Shown in pieces: positions 41,652 through 51,726 of a stretch of 64,000 bases of DNA (the first letter of the stretch is position 1; each line of letters begins with the position of its first letter). Location: contig CAWCAG010000009.1 in NCBI GenBank assembly GCA_963793425.1, positions 96,001-160,000 on the forward strand, read 5' to 3'. The notes under the pieces are model-generated. The model was not told the origin of the DNA, made no database searches, and was given only the letters and a program-made list of their open reading frames with translations. This DNA comes from an uncultured cyanobacterium. GTDB taxonomy: Bacteria; Cyanobacteriota; Cyanobacteriia; Cyanobacteriales; CAWCAG01. Both the position numbers and the translations under genes were made by a program.

Positions 41652-43418
41652 ATGACTAAAAACGGCTCAAAATCAAAACCAAATCTAAAAATCATTCCCT
41701 TGGGTGGATTGCATGAAATTGGTAAAAATACCTGCGTTCTTGAATACGAAGATGAAATAATTCTTTTGGATGCTGGGATTGGTTTCCCCAACGATGATAT
41801 GCACGGGATCAATATTGTCTTACCCGACATTACTTATCTTAAGGAAAACCGACACAAAATTAAAGGGATGATCGTCACTCACGGTCATGAAGACCATATT
41901 GGTGGTATTGCTTATCACCTCAAACAGTTTGATATTCCCATCATTCATGGTCCTCGCCTCGCCATGTCTTTGTTGCAGGACAAGTTAGAAGAGGCTGGAG
42001 TCGCAGACCGTACTAAGCTACATAGCGTCATGCCCAGGGAGCAGGTACGCATCGGCAAATCATTCTTAGTAGAATACATCCGCAACACCCACTCCATTGC
42101 TGATAGTTTCAGCGTCGCAATTCATACTCCTATTGGGGTTGTTATCCACACCGGAGACTTCAAAATTGACTATACTCCTGTGGATGGCGAGCATTTCGAC
42201 CTGCAAAAACTAGCAGAGTATGGAGAAAAGGGTGTGCTTTGTCTGTTGAGTGACTCGACAAACGCTGAAGTGCCGGGACATACCCCCTCAGAGCGCTCCG
42301 TTTATCCTAACTTAGACCGGGCTTTTTCCCAAGCTTCGGGACGGTTGATTGTGACCACTTTTTCTTCTTCTGTCCATCGGGTTAACATGATTTTAGAGTT
42401 GGCCCAGAAACATAACCGAGTTGTTTCTGTCTTAGGACGCTCCATGTTGAATGTAATTGCCCATGCCCGCAACCTGGGTTACATTAAATGTCCTGACAAC
42501 ATCTTTGAACCAATCCATGCGACTCGCAAGCTTCCTGACAATAAGGTGATGATTCTCACCACAGGTTCCCAAGGGGAGCCACTGGCGGCTTTAACGAGGA
42601 TTTCTAAGCAAGAACATCGCCAACTAAAAGTCCGCGAAGGAGACACCATTGTCTTATCGGCTAATCCGATTCCTGGTAACACTATTGCTGTAGTTAACAC
42701 CATTGACAGATTGATGATGCAGGGAGCAAAAGTGGTTTATGGAAAGAGTCAAGGTATCCACGTTTCCGGTCACGGCGCTCAAGAAGATCATAAACTGATG
42801 CTGGCTCTGACGAAACCAAAATTCTTTGTTCCTTTCCACGGTGAACATCGGATGCTGGTGAAGCACAGACAGTTGGCACAGAGTATGGGAATCCCAGAAG
42901 AGAATAGCTTAATTATTGACAACGGCGACATCATCAAGCTAACTCAAGATAGCATCGAAGTAGCGGGTAAAGTTACTTCTGGCATCAAACCAGTAGATCG
43001 TTCGGGAGTTGTCCACGACGCAGTGGTCAAAGAGCGACAACAGCTAGCAGAAGATGGGGTAATTACAGTAGCTGCTGCTATCAACTGGGAAGGCAAACTC
43101 ATGGCAGATCCGGAATTACACCTGCGGGGAGTCGCTACGGTTATGGAGCGATCGCTGTTAGAAAAACTCGTGGTGAGAACTATCGAAAAAACTATTGAGA
43201 ATCGCTGGAGTGACTTTACTCAAGGTTCCAGTAGTCCTGAAGAGGTTGATGTGGACTGGACAGGGTTAAGCCGAGAGATTGAAAGCAGTATGCAACGGCT
43301 AGCACGCCGGGAACTCAAAAGCCAACCTTTGGTCGTGTTCTTGCTGCAAACCCCTGAAAAACCGAAGGTGAGAACCTATCGACGCAGACGACGTTCGGCT
43401 GCAACGGTTGCTTCGTAA
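41652..43418 (+). CDS. rnj: Ribonuclease J
   Basis: PLGGLHEIGKN, THGHEDHIGG, TGDFK, TGSQGEP, HVSGH. Confidence 0.96.
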   Translation: MTKNGSKSKPNLKIIPLGGLHEIGKNTCVLEYEDEIILLDAGIGFPNDDMHGINIVLPDITYLKENRHKIKGMIVTHGHEDHIGGIAYHLKQFDIPIIHGPRLAMSLLQDKLEEAGVADRTKLHSVMPREQVRIGKSFLVEYIRNTHSIADSFSVAIHTPIGVVIHTGDFKIDYTPVDGEHFDLQKLAEYGEKGVLCLLSDSTNAEVPGHTPSERSVYPNLDRAFSQASGRLIVTTFSSSVHRVNMILELAQKHNRVVSVLGRSMLNVIAHARNLGYIKCPDNIFEPIHATRKLPDNKVMILTTGSQGEPLAALTRISKQEHRQLKVREGDTIVLSANPIPGNTIAVVNTIDRLMMQGAKVVYGKSQGIHVSGHGAQEDHKLMLALTKPKFFVPFHGEHRMLVKHRQLAQSMGIPEENSLIIDNGDIIKLTQDSIEVAGKVTSGIKPVDRSGVVHDAVVKERQQLAEDGVITVAAAINWEGKLMADPELHLRGVATVMERSLLEKLVVRTIEKTIENRWSDFTQGSSSPEEVDVDWTGLSREIESSMQRLARRELKSQPLVVFLLQTPEKPKVRTYRRRRRSAATVAS

Positions 43419-43467
43419 AATACGAAACATTGACTATTAACCAAAGTTGTCCATGAAAGTTACGCTA

Positions 43468-43576
43468 GTAGGGTGGGCAAAAAAGAATCTGTTTGTTGAT
43501 TAAACTAGTGTGAAAAATTTGCCCACCATTCCCCAGGATTATGGTGGGCTTTGATTGCTCATCTTGCCCACCCTAC
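43468..43576. repeat. REP doublet / MITE-like element with 13-bp terminal inverted repeats
   Basis: GTAGGGTGGGCAA (43468) ... TTGCCCACCCTAC (to 43576), with inner arms TTTGCCCACC and GGTGGGC. Confidence 0.75.
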
Positions 43577-43864
43577 CTTAATTTTAGAGGTTTGGGGATT
43601 TTAGATCAAATGGGGAAAATGATGCTATGAATGAGTATAGAGGATAGCAATTATTTTGTGGCAGGTTAGATTTTTACCGTCCCTTATATAAATTAGGAAA
43701 GCTCCCAGCCCCGCTCCGACAAAATATTTTTTTTAGTTTGAGATTGATTTTTCTCTAATGGAATAATTATAACATATATCGCTAACTATATGTAGTAAAT
43801 ATTGAGGAATTTCAGATTACTTTAGAATAGAAGTATTATCTTTTATTTTCCTATCCTCTGGTAG

Positions 43865-44850
43865 ATGCTAACTAAAATTTGGCAGTGGCTAAAAAAACTC
43901 TTCCGTAGTTTGTTTCCCCAGCAAGTTGCGACACCAGCGACGGAGAAACCTACTCCTCAGTTTAGTGATGCGGATTACGAACAGTTCTTTTTTGCCCTTT
44001 TGGATGGTGTAGTAGATGAAGGTTGGAGTCAGGGTAGTGTCAAGGGTTTTTTCTTTGCTAAAAAGCTTACGGTTGCGGAGTTAGCTTTGTGGTTACGGCG
44101 GTTTGGTGAGAGGTTGCAGGAGGCTGAGGTTGAACAAAAAGAGTTGAGGAAGCGATTGGTTAGGTTTGGGGAGGCGGGTAGGAGGATTGCTTTTTTGCGG
44201 GAGTTGGTGGAGGTTGTGGGGGAGATTGTTGGGGATGGGGAAGAAGTTGCAATTACAGAATTAAATTCTTCTGCAACTGAGGAAACTAGCGTTATTTCAG
44301 AAGTAGAGTATGATTCTCAGGCAGTAGAGTTATTGAATCAAGGGGTTGAGAAATACCAAGCAGGAGATTACCCCGCAGCAATTCAGCTTTGGACTCAAGC
44401 CATCGAAATAAAACCGGATGACTACCAAGCTTACTATAATCGCGGTGTTACCTTGAGGGAATTAGGCAGAAACGAAGAAGCGATCGCTGATCACACCAAA
44501 GCTATATTCCCCACCGCGACTTACATTTGTTGCCTCTCCATGCTTTATTCCCGACAAGCTATACTTTTTCTTATCTTCCTAGCATTAAACAGGGATTAAA
44601 TAAAGAAACGCAGCAAGGAGCAGAGTTAACCAATACGAAGAAACGTTTAGAACATTTAATTGAATCTGTGGGTGTTGGTTTAGGTGGTGCGGCCATTGTT
44701 TCTGCTGCTGTACAAAATCCTGTAGAAGAGATAATTAAAAATCCAGAATACCCCTTAAGAGAAGCAGGTTGGCAGATAGTTTTTATTGTTGTTGTTAGCG
44801 CCTTTTTCGGCTACTTGTTTGGTTTGTTGACGTGGTTATATAAAAAGTAA
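43865..44850 (+). pseudogene. Deleted/chimeric TPR-CHAT gene fused to a membrane-protein C-terminus
   Basis: The TPR array breaks at EEAIADHTKAI; a different frame from 44506 reads IPHRDLHLLPLHALF...SYLPS (CHAT-like), then switches to a two-TM tail. Confidence 0.65.
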
Positions 44851-44908
44851 TCACATAAGTCCAGTTAAATTGCTAAAATACTCTAATATCACAGACTAGT
44901 TATCGTAA

Positions 44909-46034
44909 ATGATAGACATCTCAGAACTTAAACGAGAATTAGAAAGCACTTCTGAGCGCCTGGGTAAGACTCAGGAGTATCTTTGACTTAGCTGCTTTAC
45001 AAGCTAAAATTAAAGACTTGGAACAATTAGCGGCACAACCGGATTTTTGGGATGAACAAACAAAGGCACAAGAAACCTTACAGGAGTTGAATGACCTTAA
45101 ATCTGGTCTGGAACAGTATCAGAAATGGCAAAGTACCTGGGAAGATGCCGAAGCGATCGCAGAATTATTAGAGTTAGAAGCCGATGAAAGTTTGCTCAAA
45201 GAGGCTCTAAACTCCCTGAATAAGATTAACCAAGAATTAGACCGTTGGGAACTGCAACAACTCTTATCGGCCCCCTATGACGCTCAGGGCGCGGTTTTGA
45301 CCATTAATGCTGGGGCTGGGGGAACAGATGCTCAAGATTGGGCTGAGATGTTGTTGCGGATGTATACTCGTTGGGCAGAAAAACAGGGTTACAAAGTTAC
45401 TTTAGCAGAACAGTCTGATGGGGAGGAAGCAGGGATTAAATCAGCTACTTTAGAAATTAGTGGCCGTTACGGCTATGGTTATTTAAAAGCAGAAAAAGGT
45501 ACTCATCGCTTGGTAAGAATTTCTCCTTTTAATGCTAATGGCAAGCGTCAAACTAGCTTTGCTGGGGTAGAAGTGATGCCAAGTTTAGATAATAAGGCCA
45601 TTGAGTTAGAAATCCCGGAAAAAGATTTAGATGTAAATACTTCCCGTGCCGGAGGTAAAGGGGGGCAAAACGTTAACAAAGTAGAAACAGCAGTACGCAT
45701 AACTCACATTCCTACAGGGCTTGCTGTACGCTGTACTCAAGAACGTTCTCAATTACAAAATAAGGAAAAAGCCCTTGCTTTATTGAAAGCTAAGTTATTA
45801 GTTATTGCCCAAGAACAAAGGGCGCAAAAGATTGCTGAAATTCGTGGGGATATAGTAGAAGCAGCTTGGGGAAATCAAATTCGTAATTATGTTTTCCACC
45901 CCTACCAAATGGTAAAAGACCTTCGTACTAGTGTAGAAACTACTGCGATAGATGCGGTTATGGATGGGGATATTGATGCTTTTATTGAAGCTTATTTACG
46001 CAAAGAGAATCAGTTAGGAAACATTGAACATTAA
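44909..46034 (+). CDS. prfB: Peptide chain release factor 2 with programmed +1 frameshift
   Basis: ATG at 44909, 25 codons to CTT-TGA-C (44981-44987), internal AGGAG at 44973; downstream frame has SPF and GGQ. Confidence 0.97.
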
Positions 46035-46084
46035 ACATTAAACATTTGTCTTGGTTGATTTTTGCCTCGTAAACTTATTACTTA

Positions 46085-48661
46085 TTACTTAGTGGTCATC
46101 GTATGAACACCATCCCAATCTTTTGCTGGGGGTTCATTGAGATAGTTGTAGGTTCTTTCTAAATGGATTTGGACTGCTTGATCTTTGGGGTTTAGTTTAT
46201 GTGCTTCTTGAAATAAAGATAATGCTGTTTGGAAGTCGGAGTTTACATAAGCGTTGCGCCCTTGCTTATAAAGATATAAAAACTTGTCTAATTCTTCGCT
46301 GATCGGTTCTTCTTTGATACCAATCAATTCATAAATATTAACTGCTTTATTTTTACCTTTAACGCGGATTTTATCAATTTCTCGTGCTGTAATGCGATCG
46401 CGACATAATTGATAAGTAGATTCGCTCAAAATAATATCACAACCATATTTTTTAGTTAAACTTTCTAAGCGGGAACTTAAATTTACTCCATCCCCAATTA
46501 CGGTGTAATCCATACGTTTCTTTGAGCCAATGTTACCAGAAACCACTTCCCCGGAACTAATACCAATGCCAAAGTTGATGGGAACATCTACTCCTAAAAT
46601 GTTTTGTTTGTTGAATTGGGCTAGGCGTTTACGCATATCTAAAGCAGATTGAACACACATCCAAGCATGGTTTTCTTTCATGGGTAGTGGGGCCCCAAAA
46701 ACAGCCATTAAAGCATCACCAATAAACTTGTCTAATGTGCCTTCAAAGTTGAAAACAGCCTCCACCATGGTTTCAAAGTATTGATTTAACAGGGAGACAA
46801 CCTCTGTGGCTTCCAGGTTTTCGGTAATGGTAGTATAGCCTCGAATATCAGAAAATAAGATGGTTACTTCTTTACGATCTCCTACCATCAAAGCATCATC
46901 CCGCAAGGCCATAACTTGTTCGGCTACCCCAGGGTGCATATAACGGTATAAGGTTGATTTAATCCGCTTTTCACTACTAATATCCTCTAACACCACTAAC
47001 CCACCTCGTACCTCTCCCTGGGGGTTTGTTAAGGGATTAACGGTGAGGTTGACACTTCGTTCAATGGGTTGAACTTGTTTAGCAGATAAATAAGGAATGG
47101 ATTGAGTCTCCCAAGGGGTTTCGTTCCAAGGTAAATAAACATCGGGCATATTTGCTTGGGGAATAGCAAGAAGATGGGTGTCAACTTCTCCTTCTCCCCC
47201 AGTTTCTTTGCGGCTAATACATAAACCCACTTTTAAGCTTTGTTCGGGGACGTAATGCTTTGCAGCCGCTTTCAAGCTATCGGTTAAGCGCAATTCCAGA
47301 TTTTCGATGGGAACAATTTCCCAAACCAAGCGCCCAGTTAATTTATATTCCCATAACTGCCTGGTGCTTTTGGTTTGTAGATGTTCTGTTGGGTAGCCGA
47401 GTAGTTGCAAAGCTGCATCGTTGATGGTAACAATTTTTCCTTGCAAATCTGTAGAGATGACCGCATCAGAAAGACTTTGCAGAATATCTTTTTGGTACTG
47501 TTGTTGAGTGAGGACATTTTCAAACAGTTTGGCATTTTCCAAAGCCATACCTGCTTGAATATTAAATGCTTGCATGAATTTTTCATCGGAACTAGTAAAG
47601 CTACCTTGTTCTTTATTAATTAGCTGCGTAACACCAATTAATTCTCCACCGGAGTTGAAAACTGGCATACAAAGAATATTGCGAGTATAGTAGCCAGTAC
47701 GCTTATCTGTTGCGGGGTCGAAGCGAGGATCTTTATAGGCATCAGGAATATTTAAAGCTTCTCCAGTAGAAGCGACATAACCAGCAATGCCTCTGTTGCT
47801 AGGAATACGAATTTCCACCATTGTTTTACCATCTGCTTTAGCTACTTTGCTCCAAAGTTCGTTAGTTTCTTTGCTTAATAAAAACAGAGTACTCCGATCT
47901 GCTTGCATTAAACGGCGGGCTTGTTCCATCACTGATTGGAGAGTCGCTTCAAGGTCAAGACTTTGACCTAAACAAGAAGTCGCTTGCAATAAAGCAGATG
48001 CCCCACGCTGGTTTCTGGCAGCTAAGTAAAAAGATTGGCAAGTTTCTAAAATAATACCAATAGAAGAAGCTAATTCACAAAATCTCTGTTCGTCTTCTTC
48101 ATCAAAAGGAGAGCCGTTTTTTTTGTTAAGTAACTGTACCACAGCAACAACATTCTCGTCGCTATTTAAGATTGGCATACACAGCAAACTTTTGGTACGA
48201 TAACCGGGGCGTTCATCAATTTCTTGATTAAAAAGATGATGGCTATAAGCATCAACAAGATTGAGACTTTTTCCTGTAGCGGCAACTTGCCCAGCTATGC
48301 CAACATTAAGGGGAATTCTGACTTCTTGGGTTTTCCCCATGTCACTTTGAGTTACTTTTGACCAAAGTTGATTTTTGTCATCATCAACTAAAAAAATTGT
48401 TGTCCTATCTGCTTCTAAGATTTGACCAATTTTGAGGGTAAAAGCATCCATGATCTCCTCTAGCATAGTTTCTAGGGCATCATGATTGATCATTTCAATA
48501 GCCCGGAGAAACTGTTGAAACTCCGCAGTTATGAAGTCTAATAAACAGACAAATTCACCAATAGAAAGGTCTTGAACCCGATCAGCTAAGCCATTAGTTC
48601 GATTTAGCTGAGTTAACTGGGTTAGGGTGGCTAAAATGCTACCGGAGTTGGAAAGACTCAT
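46085..48661 (-). CDS. cyaB: Class III adenylate cyclase, GAF-GAF-PAS-cyclase-TPR (CyaB type)
   Basis: Two GAF domains with NK..F...DE motifs, PAS, FSDIRGYT, DKFIGDA, DYTVIGDGVNLSSRLE. Confidence 0.92.
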   Translation of the reverse strand: MSLSNSGSILATLTQLTQLNRTNGLADRVQDLSIGEFVCLLDFITAEFQQFLRAIEMINHDALETMLEEIMDAFTLKIGQILEADRTTIFLVDDDKNQLWSKVTQSDMGKTQEVRIPLNVGIAGQVAATGKSLNLVDAYSHHLFNQEIDERPGYRTKSLLCMPILNSDENVVAVVQLLNKKNGSPFDEEDEQRFCELASSIGIILETCQSFYLAARNQRGASALLQATSCLGQSLDLEATLQSVMEQARRLMQADRSTLFLLSKETNELWSKVAKADGKTMVEIRIPSNRGIAGYVASTGEALNIPDAYKDPRFDPATDKRTGYYTRNILCMPVFNSGGELIGVTQLINKEQGSFTSSDEKFMQAFNIQAGMALENAKLFENVLTQQQYQKDILQSLSDAVISTDLQGKIVTINDAALQLLGYPTEHLQTKSTRQLWEYKLTGRLVWEIVPIENLELRLTDSLKAAAKHYVPEQSLKVGLCISRKETGGEGEVDTHLLAIPQANMPDVYLPWNETPWETQSIPYLSAKQVQPIERSVNLTVNPLTNPQGEVRGGLVVLEDISSEKRIKSTLYRYMHPGVAEQVMALRDDALMVGDRKEVTILFSDIRGYTTITENLEATEVVSLLNQYFETMVEAVFNFEGTLDKFIGDALMAVFGAPLPMKENHAWMCVQSALDMRKRLAQFNKQNILGVDVPINFGIGISSGEVVSGNIGSKKRMDYTVIGDGVNLSSRLESLTKKYGCDIILSESTYQLCRDRITAREIDKIRVKGKNKAVNIYELIGIKEEPISEELDKFLYLYKQGRNAYVNSDFQTALSLFQEAHKLNPKDQAVQIHLERTYNYLNEPPAKDWDGVHTMTTK

Positions 48662-49127
48662 ATTGGTGACGAATAAAAAGCTTGGTTGATAAAGTAAAAA
48701 TTAATCAAGAAATTTCCAGCAATTAATCTCAGTCAGCAAAATGAGCAGAAAGCAAAATAAAGCTCAGTTATTACTGTTATAGCTTAATTGTTGGTGAATC
48801 CAATCTAGTTCTGTCTTCCGTACTAGGAAAGACTAACTTCTTTTCTGGTAGCAACCTGGTAAGAGAAAAGGCCTGGTTTTAGGGAGCAGATGCTGAGGAT
48901 ATTATGGGAATGATAGTAATCGATGATGCCGGAGATGCAGCTCCCATAATATCAAAAATTCTTTTTTTGGGACTTAACTTTGTTAGTAAACTAACATTAT
49001 CTTCACAAGTCTACAATTTATTCTGTATGAACGGTAACAGTATAAATGCTCAAAAAGTAAGCAGGAGTTTCTCTTTTCTGCTTAACGTTGTCTTTATTTA
49101 CTCTGCTTTTTGCAGCCCCGTTGAAAA

Positions 49128-49790
49128 TTAAAATGCTCGATTAGTTAAATAAGCTATTTCCGCCTCTATATTTTTCCTTGCTTGAGCTTCAAATTTATCA
49201 CACCAATAATCAGTAAAATAAATTCTGTCTCTGTCTAGAAAAATCTGTAAAATTTCCTGTCTCTTCTTTCTATATTCTTCAATTGGAACCCAAGCATATT
49301 CTTGGCGCACTTTTTGTAGATAACTTTGGTAAATAACGGGTGCTGTACCAAAAATAGCTAAATCCGCATCAAGAAGAATATATTGGTCAATGTCACCTGT
49401 TTGGGGCCAATGTTTTTTAGTAATTAAAATCAGTTCCCTAACGGTTTTTATTAAAGATATAGGCAGTTTCAATTTTCCTAAACAAACTTCTGCTTCAGCA
49501 GCACTTTTTTCTTCATTGTTTTGGTTTGTAGAATCATAAACAAAATCATGAAACCAAGCGGCTAAAAGTAAAGCTGTTGTATTTCGGCTCAAAAAACTCA
49601 TCTCTTCTATAACCCTCAAAACCTGCTCAAGATGCTCAAGATTATGATAAAACCGATGAGGAGCAGCATAAGCCCGGAGTAAACCAAGAAAAACTGGCTC
49701 AGTGGCTTCAGGTTTACTTACTAATGGGATTAAAGTCTTCTTCCAGTAATCTTTAAGATTAGCAATAGAGTTAAGATCATTATTCATCAA
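49128..49790 (-). CDS. HD-superfamily metal-dependent phosphohydrolase
   Basis: HRFYHNLEH, AAWFHD, NEEKSA, LDADLAI, VRQEY. Confidence 0.85.
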   Translation of the reverse strand: MMNNDLNSIANLKDYWKKTLIPLVSKPEATEPVFLGLLRAYAAPHRFYHNLEHLEQVLRVIEEMSFLSRNTTALLLAAWFHDFVYDSTNQNNEEKSAAEAEVCLGKLKLPISLIKTVRELILITKKHWPQTGDIDQYILLDADLAIFGTAPVIYQSYLQKVRQEYAWVPIEEYRKKRQEILQIFLDRDRIYFTDYWCDKFEAQARKNIEAEIAYLTNRAF

Positions 49791-49814
49791 GAAAGCATCT
49801 CTGGAAGCTAGGTT

Positions 49815-51626
49815 ATGGGTTCTTTTTTAATAGAAGCGATCGCAACTGTTTTTCTTCATAGGAAAGGAAGATTTTGTCGCAAAAAAATTTCCTTTGGGAT
49901 TGCTTTCTTATGCAGTATTTTACTCGCTTTTACTCCCATCCTAACTACTACGGGACAGTCACCATCTCCTGTATCCGAGTCTCCCCTGCCAGAAGACATC
50001 GGTACAGACCCCCGCATTACCACTTATGAGATGGGCAATATCACTTATGCGCCTGTCTATTTAGATGGATACGAACTATTTTCTGTTGCTTCTGCTGCCG
50101 GGAATGAACAGGGTGAATATGGCAGTTTACCAGCGATTGAGATCCGTGTACAGCGTATTGAAAATGCCTTAAAGTTCATTGTGGAGTCAGGTTTTAATCC
50201 AAAAACCTTACAAGTATATCCAGGAACCCTCAACGGCGAAACTGTGATTCTGGTTTCTGATGGTCAGAAATTAGCAGAAAGAGTAGTAGGAACAATAACG
50301 GAGTTAGATGCCCAACTTTATGGGCAGCCTATTTCAGATTTAGCCAAAGAGAGTAGCACCATTATCCGCAAAGCTTTACTTAAAGCGCAAGCAGAAAGGC
50401 GCTCAGAATTTTGGCAGCGGCAAGCTTTAGTGGCAGGGGGAATCTTTTTAGGTACAACCTCAATTAGTTTAATACTATTTTTGTTCTATAAACGAGTTGT
50501 TAAAGAAGGAAAAAAACTACACCAACAATTCCTCGTTTTAGAACAACTTAGTTCAAGCCCAGACTTACTTCATAGCCCTACTACCAGACTCAGCGAACCT
50601 GCCCCGATCAAGTTTCTTAATCGCAAGTTACAACAGCTTAGCAAAGAGCGACAACTGCAAATTAATTTACTGCTGCGGAGACTCTTATTTTTGGGACAAT
50701 TCCCTTTATGGGGAGGAGGCATTTCTGTGATCTTAACCCTCTTTCCCTACACCAGAAGATGGGGAGTTTGGTTATTAGGTAGGCCCAAATTGCTGTTAAT
50801 TGTTTTATTTGGCATTATCGTCGCTAAGAAAGCTAGTGACTTTGCCATCGACTTCCTCGTCAAATCTTGGATTGAACAAGAATCTTTAAGATCCGCTGCT
50901 TCACAACGCCAAGCCTTAAGAATGCCTACCTACTCTTTGGCACTTAAAGGACTTGCTAGTATCTTTTGGGGATGTTCGGGTATCTTCTTCTCCCTAGACC
51001 TTTTGGGAGTCCCCATTGGTCCTATTTTAGCTGGTGCAGGGATTATTGGTGTAGCCCTTTCCTTCGGTTCCCAAAACCTAGTTCAGGATGTGATTAGGGG
51101 TTGCCTAATCTTATGGGCAGATCAATTTGCAGTAGGGGATTTTATTGAAGTAGAAGAGGTGGGAGGACAGGTGGAACACATGAACCTTTTCCTCACTCAA
51201 CTACGCAGCTTAGATGGAGAATTAATCACTATACCGAATGGTTCCATCGCCATTGTACGCAACCTCTCGAAAAACTGGTCGCGGATGAGTATTGGCATTG
51301 AGGTTGCTTTCGATTCTGATACCGACAAAGTTATTCAGGTAATGAAGGAAGTTGCCGAAAAAATGTACAATGACCCAGAATGGCGAGATTACCTTTTAGA
51401 ACCTCCCCCCATATTAGGCATAGATAACCTTGCTCATACAGGAATTTTAATCAGAGCTTGGGTCAATACTGAACCATTACAACATCTTAGATGTGGTCGT
51501 GAATTCCGTCGCCGTCTCAAGTTAGCTTTTGAACAACAAGGTATTGCCATTGGCATTCCTCAACAATCTTTGTGGCTGAAAGATACTACTAAAGTTGCTG
51601 AGGATGGGAAAAGTAACGGTAGGTAA
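49815..51626 (+). CDS. MscS-family mechanosensitive channel with N-terminal extension
   Basis: AGAGIIGVALSFGSQNLVQD, DQFAVGD, GELITIPNG, NLSKNWSR. Confidence 0.9.
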   Translation: MGSFLIEAIATVFLHRKGRFCRKKISFGIAFLCSILLAFTPILTTTGQSPSPVSESPLPEDIGTDPRITTYEMGNITYAPVYLDGYELFSVASAAGNEQGEYGSLPAIEIRVQRIENALKFIVESGFNPKTLQVYPGTLNGETVILVSDGQKLAERVVGTITELDAQLYGQPISDLAKESSTIIRKALLKAQAERRSEFWQRQALVAGGIFLGTTSISLILFLFYKRVVKEGKKLHQQFLVLEQLSSSPDLLHSPTTRLSEPAPIKFLNRKLQQLSKERQLQINLLLRRLLFLGQFPLWGGGISVILTLFPYTRRWGVWLLGRPKLLLIVLFGIIVAKKASDFAIDFLVKSWIEQESLRSAASQRQALRMPTYSLALKGLASIFWGCSGIFFSLDLLGVPIGPILAGAGIIGVALSFGSQNLVQDVIRGCLILWADQFAVGDFIEVEEVGGQVEHMNLFLTQLRSLDGELITIPNGSIAIVRNLSKNWSRMSIGIEVAFDSDTDKVIQVMKEVAEKMYNDPEWRDYLLEPPPILGIDNLAHTGILIRAWVNTEPLQHLRCGREFRRRLKLAFEQQGIAIGIPQQSLWLKDTTKVAEDGKSNGR

Positions 51627-51726
51627 AAGTTTTTACTCTGCTTTCATCCAACGACAATAAAGATGATGATTTTTATCTCTCATCCACCGTGCCAGCAAAC
51701 GTCCTTCTTGATGTTGCGGTTTGGTA

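Noticed and set aside
48904..49131. 75-aa ORF upstream of cyaB
   Set aside because: No motifs, and it overlaps a promoter-like AT-rich region.
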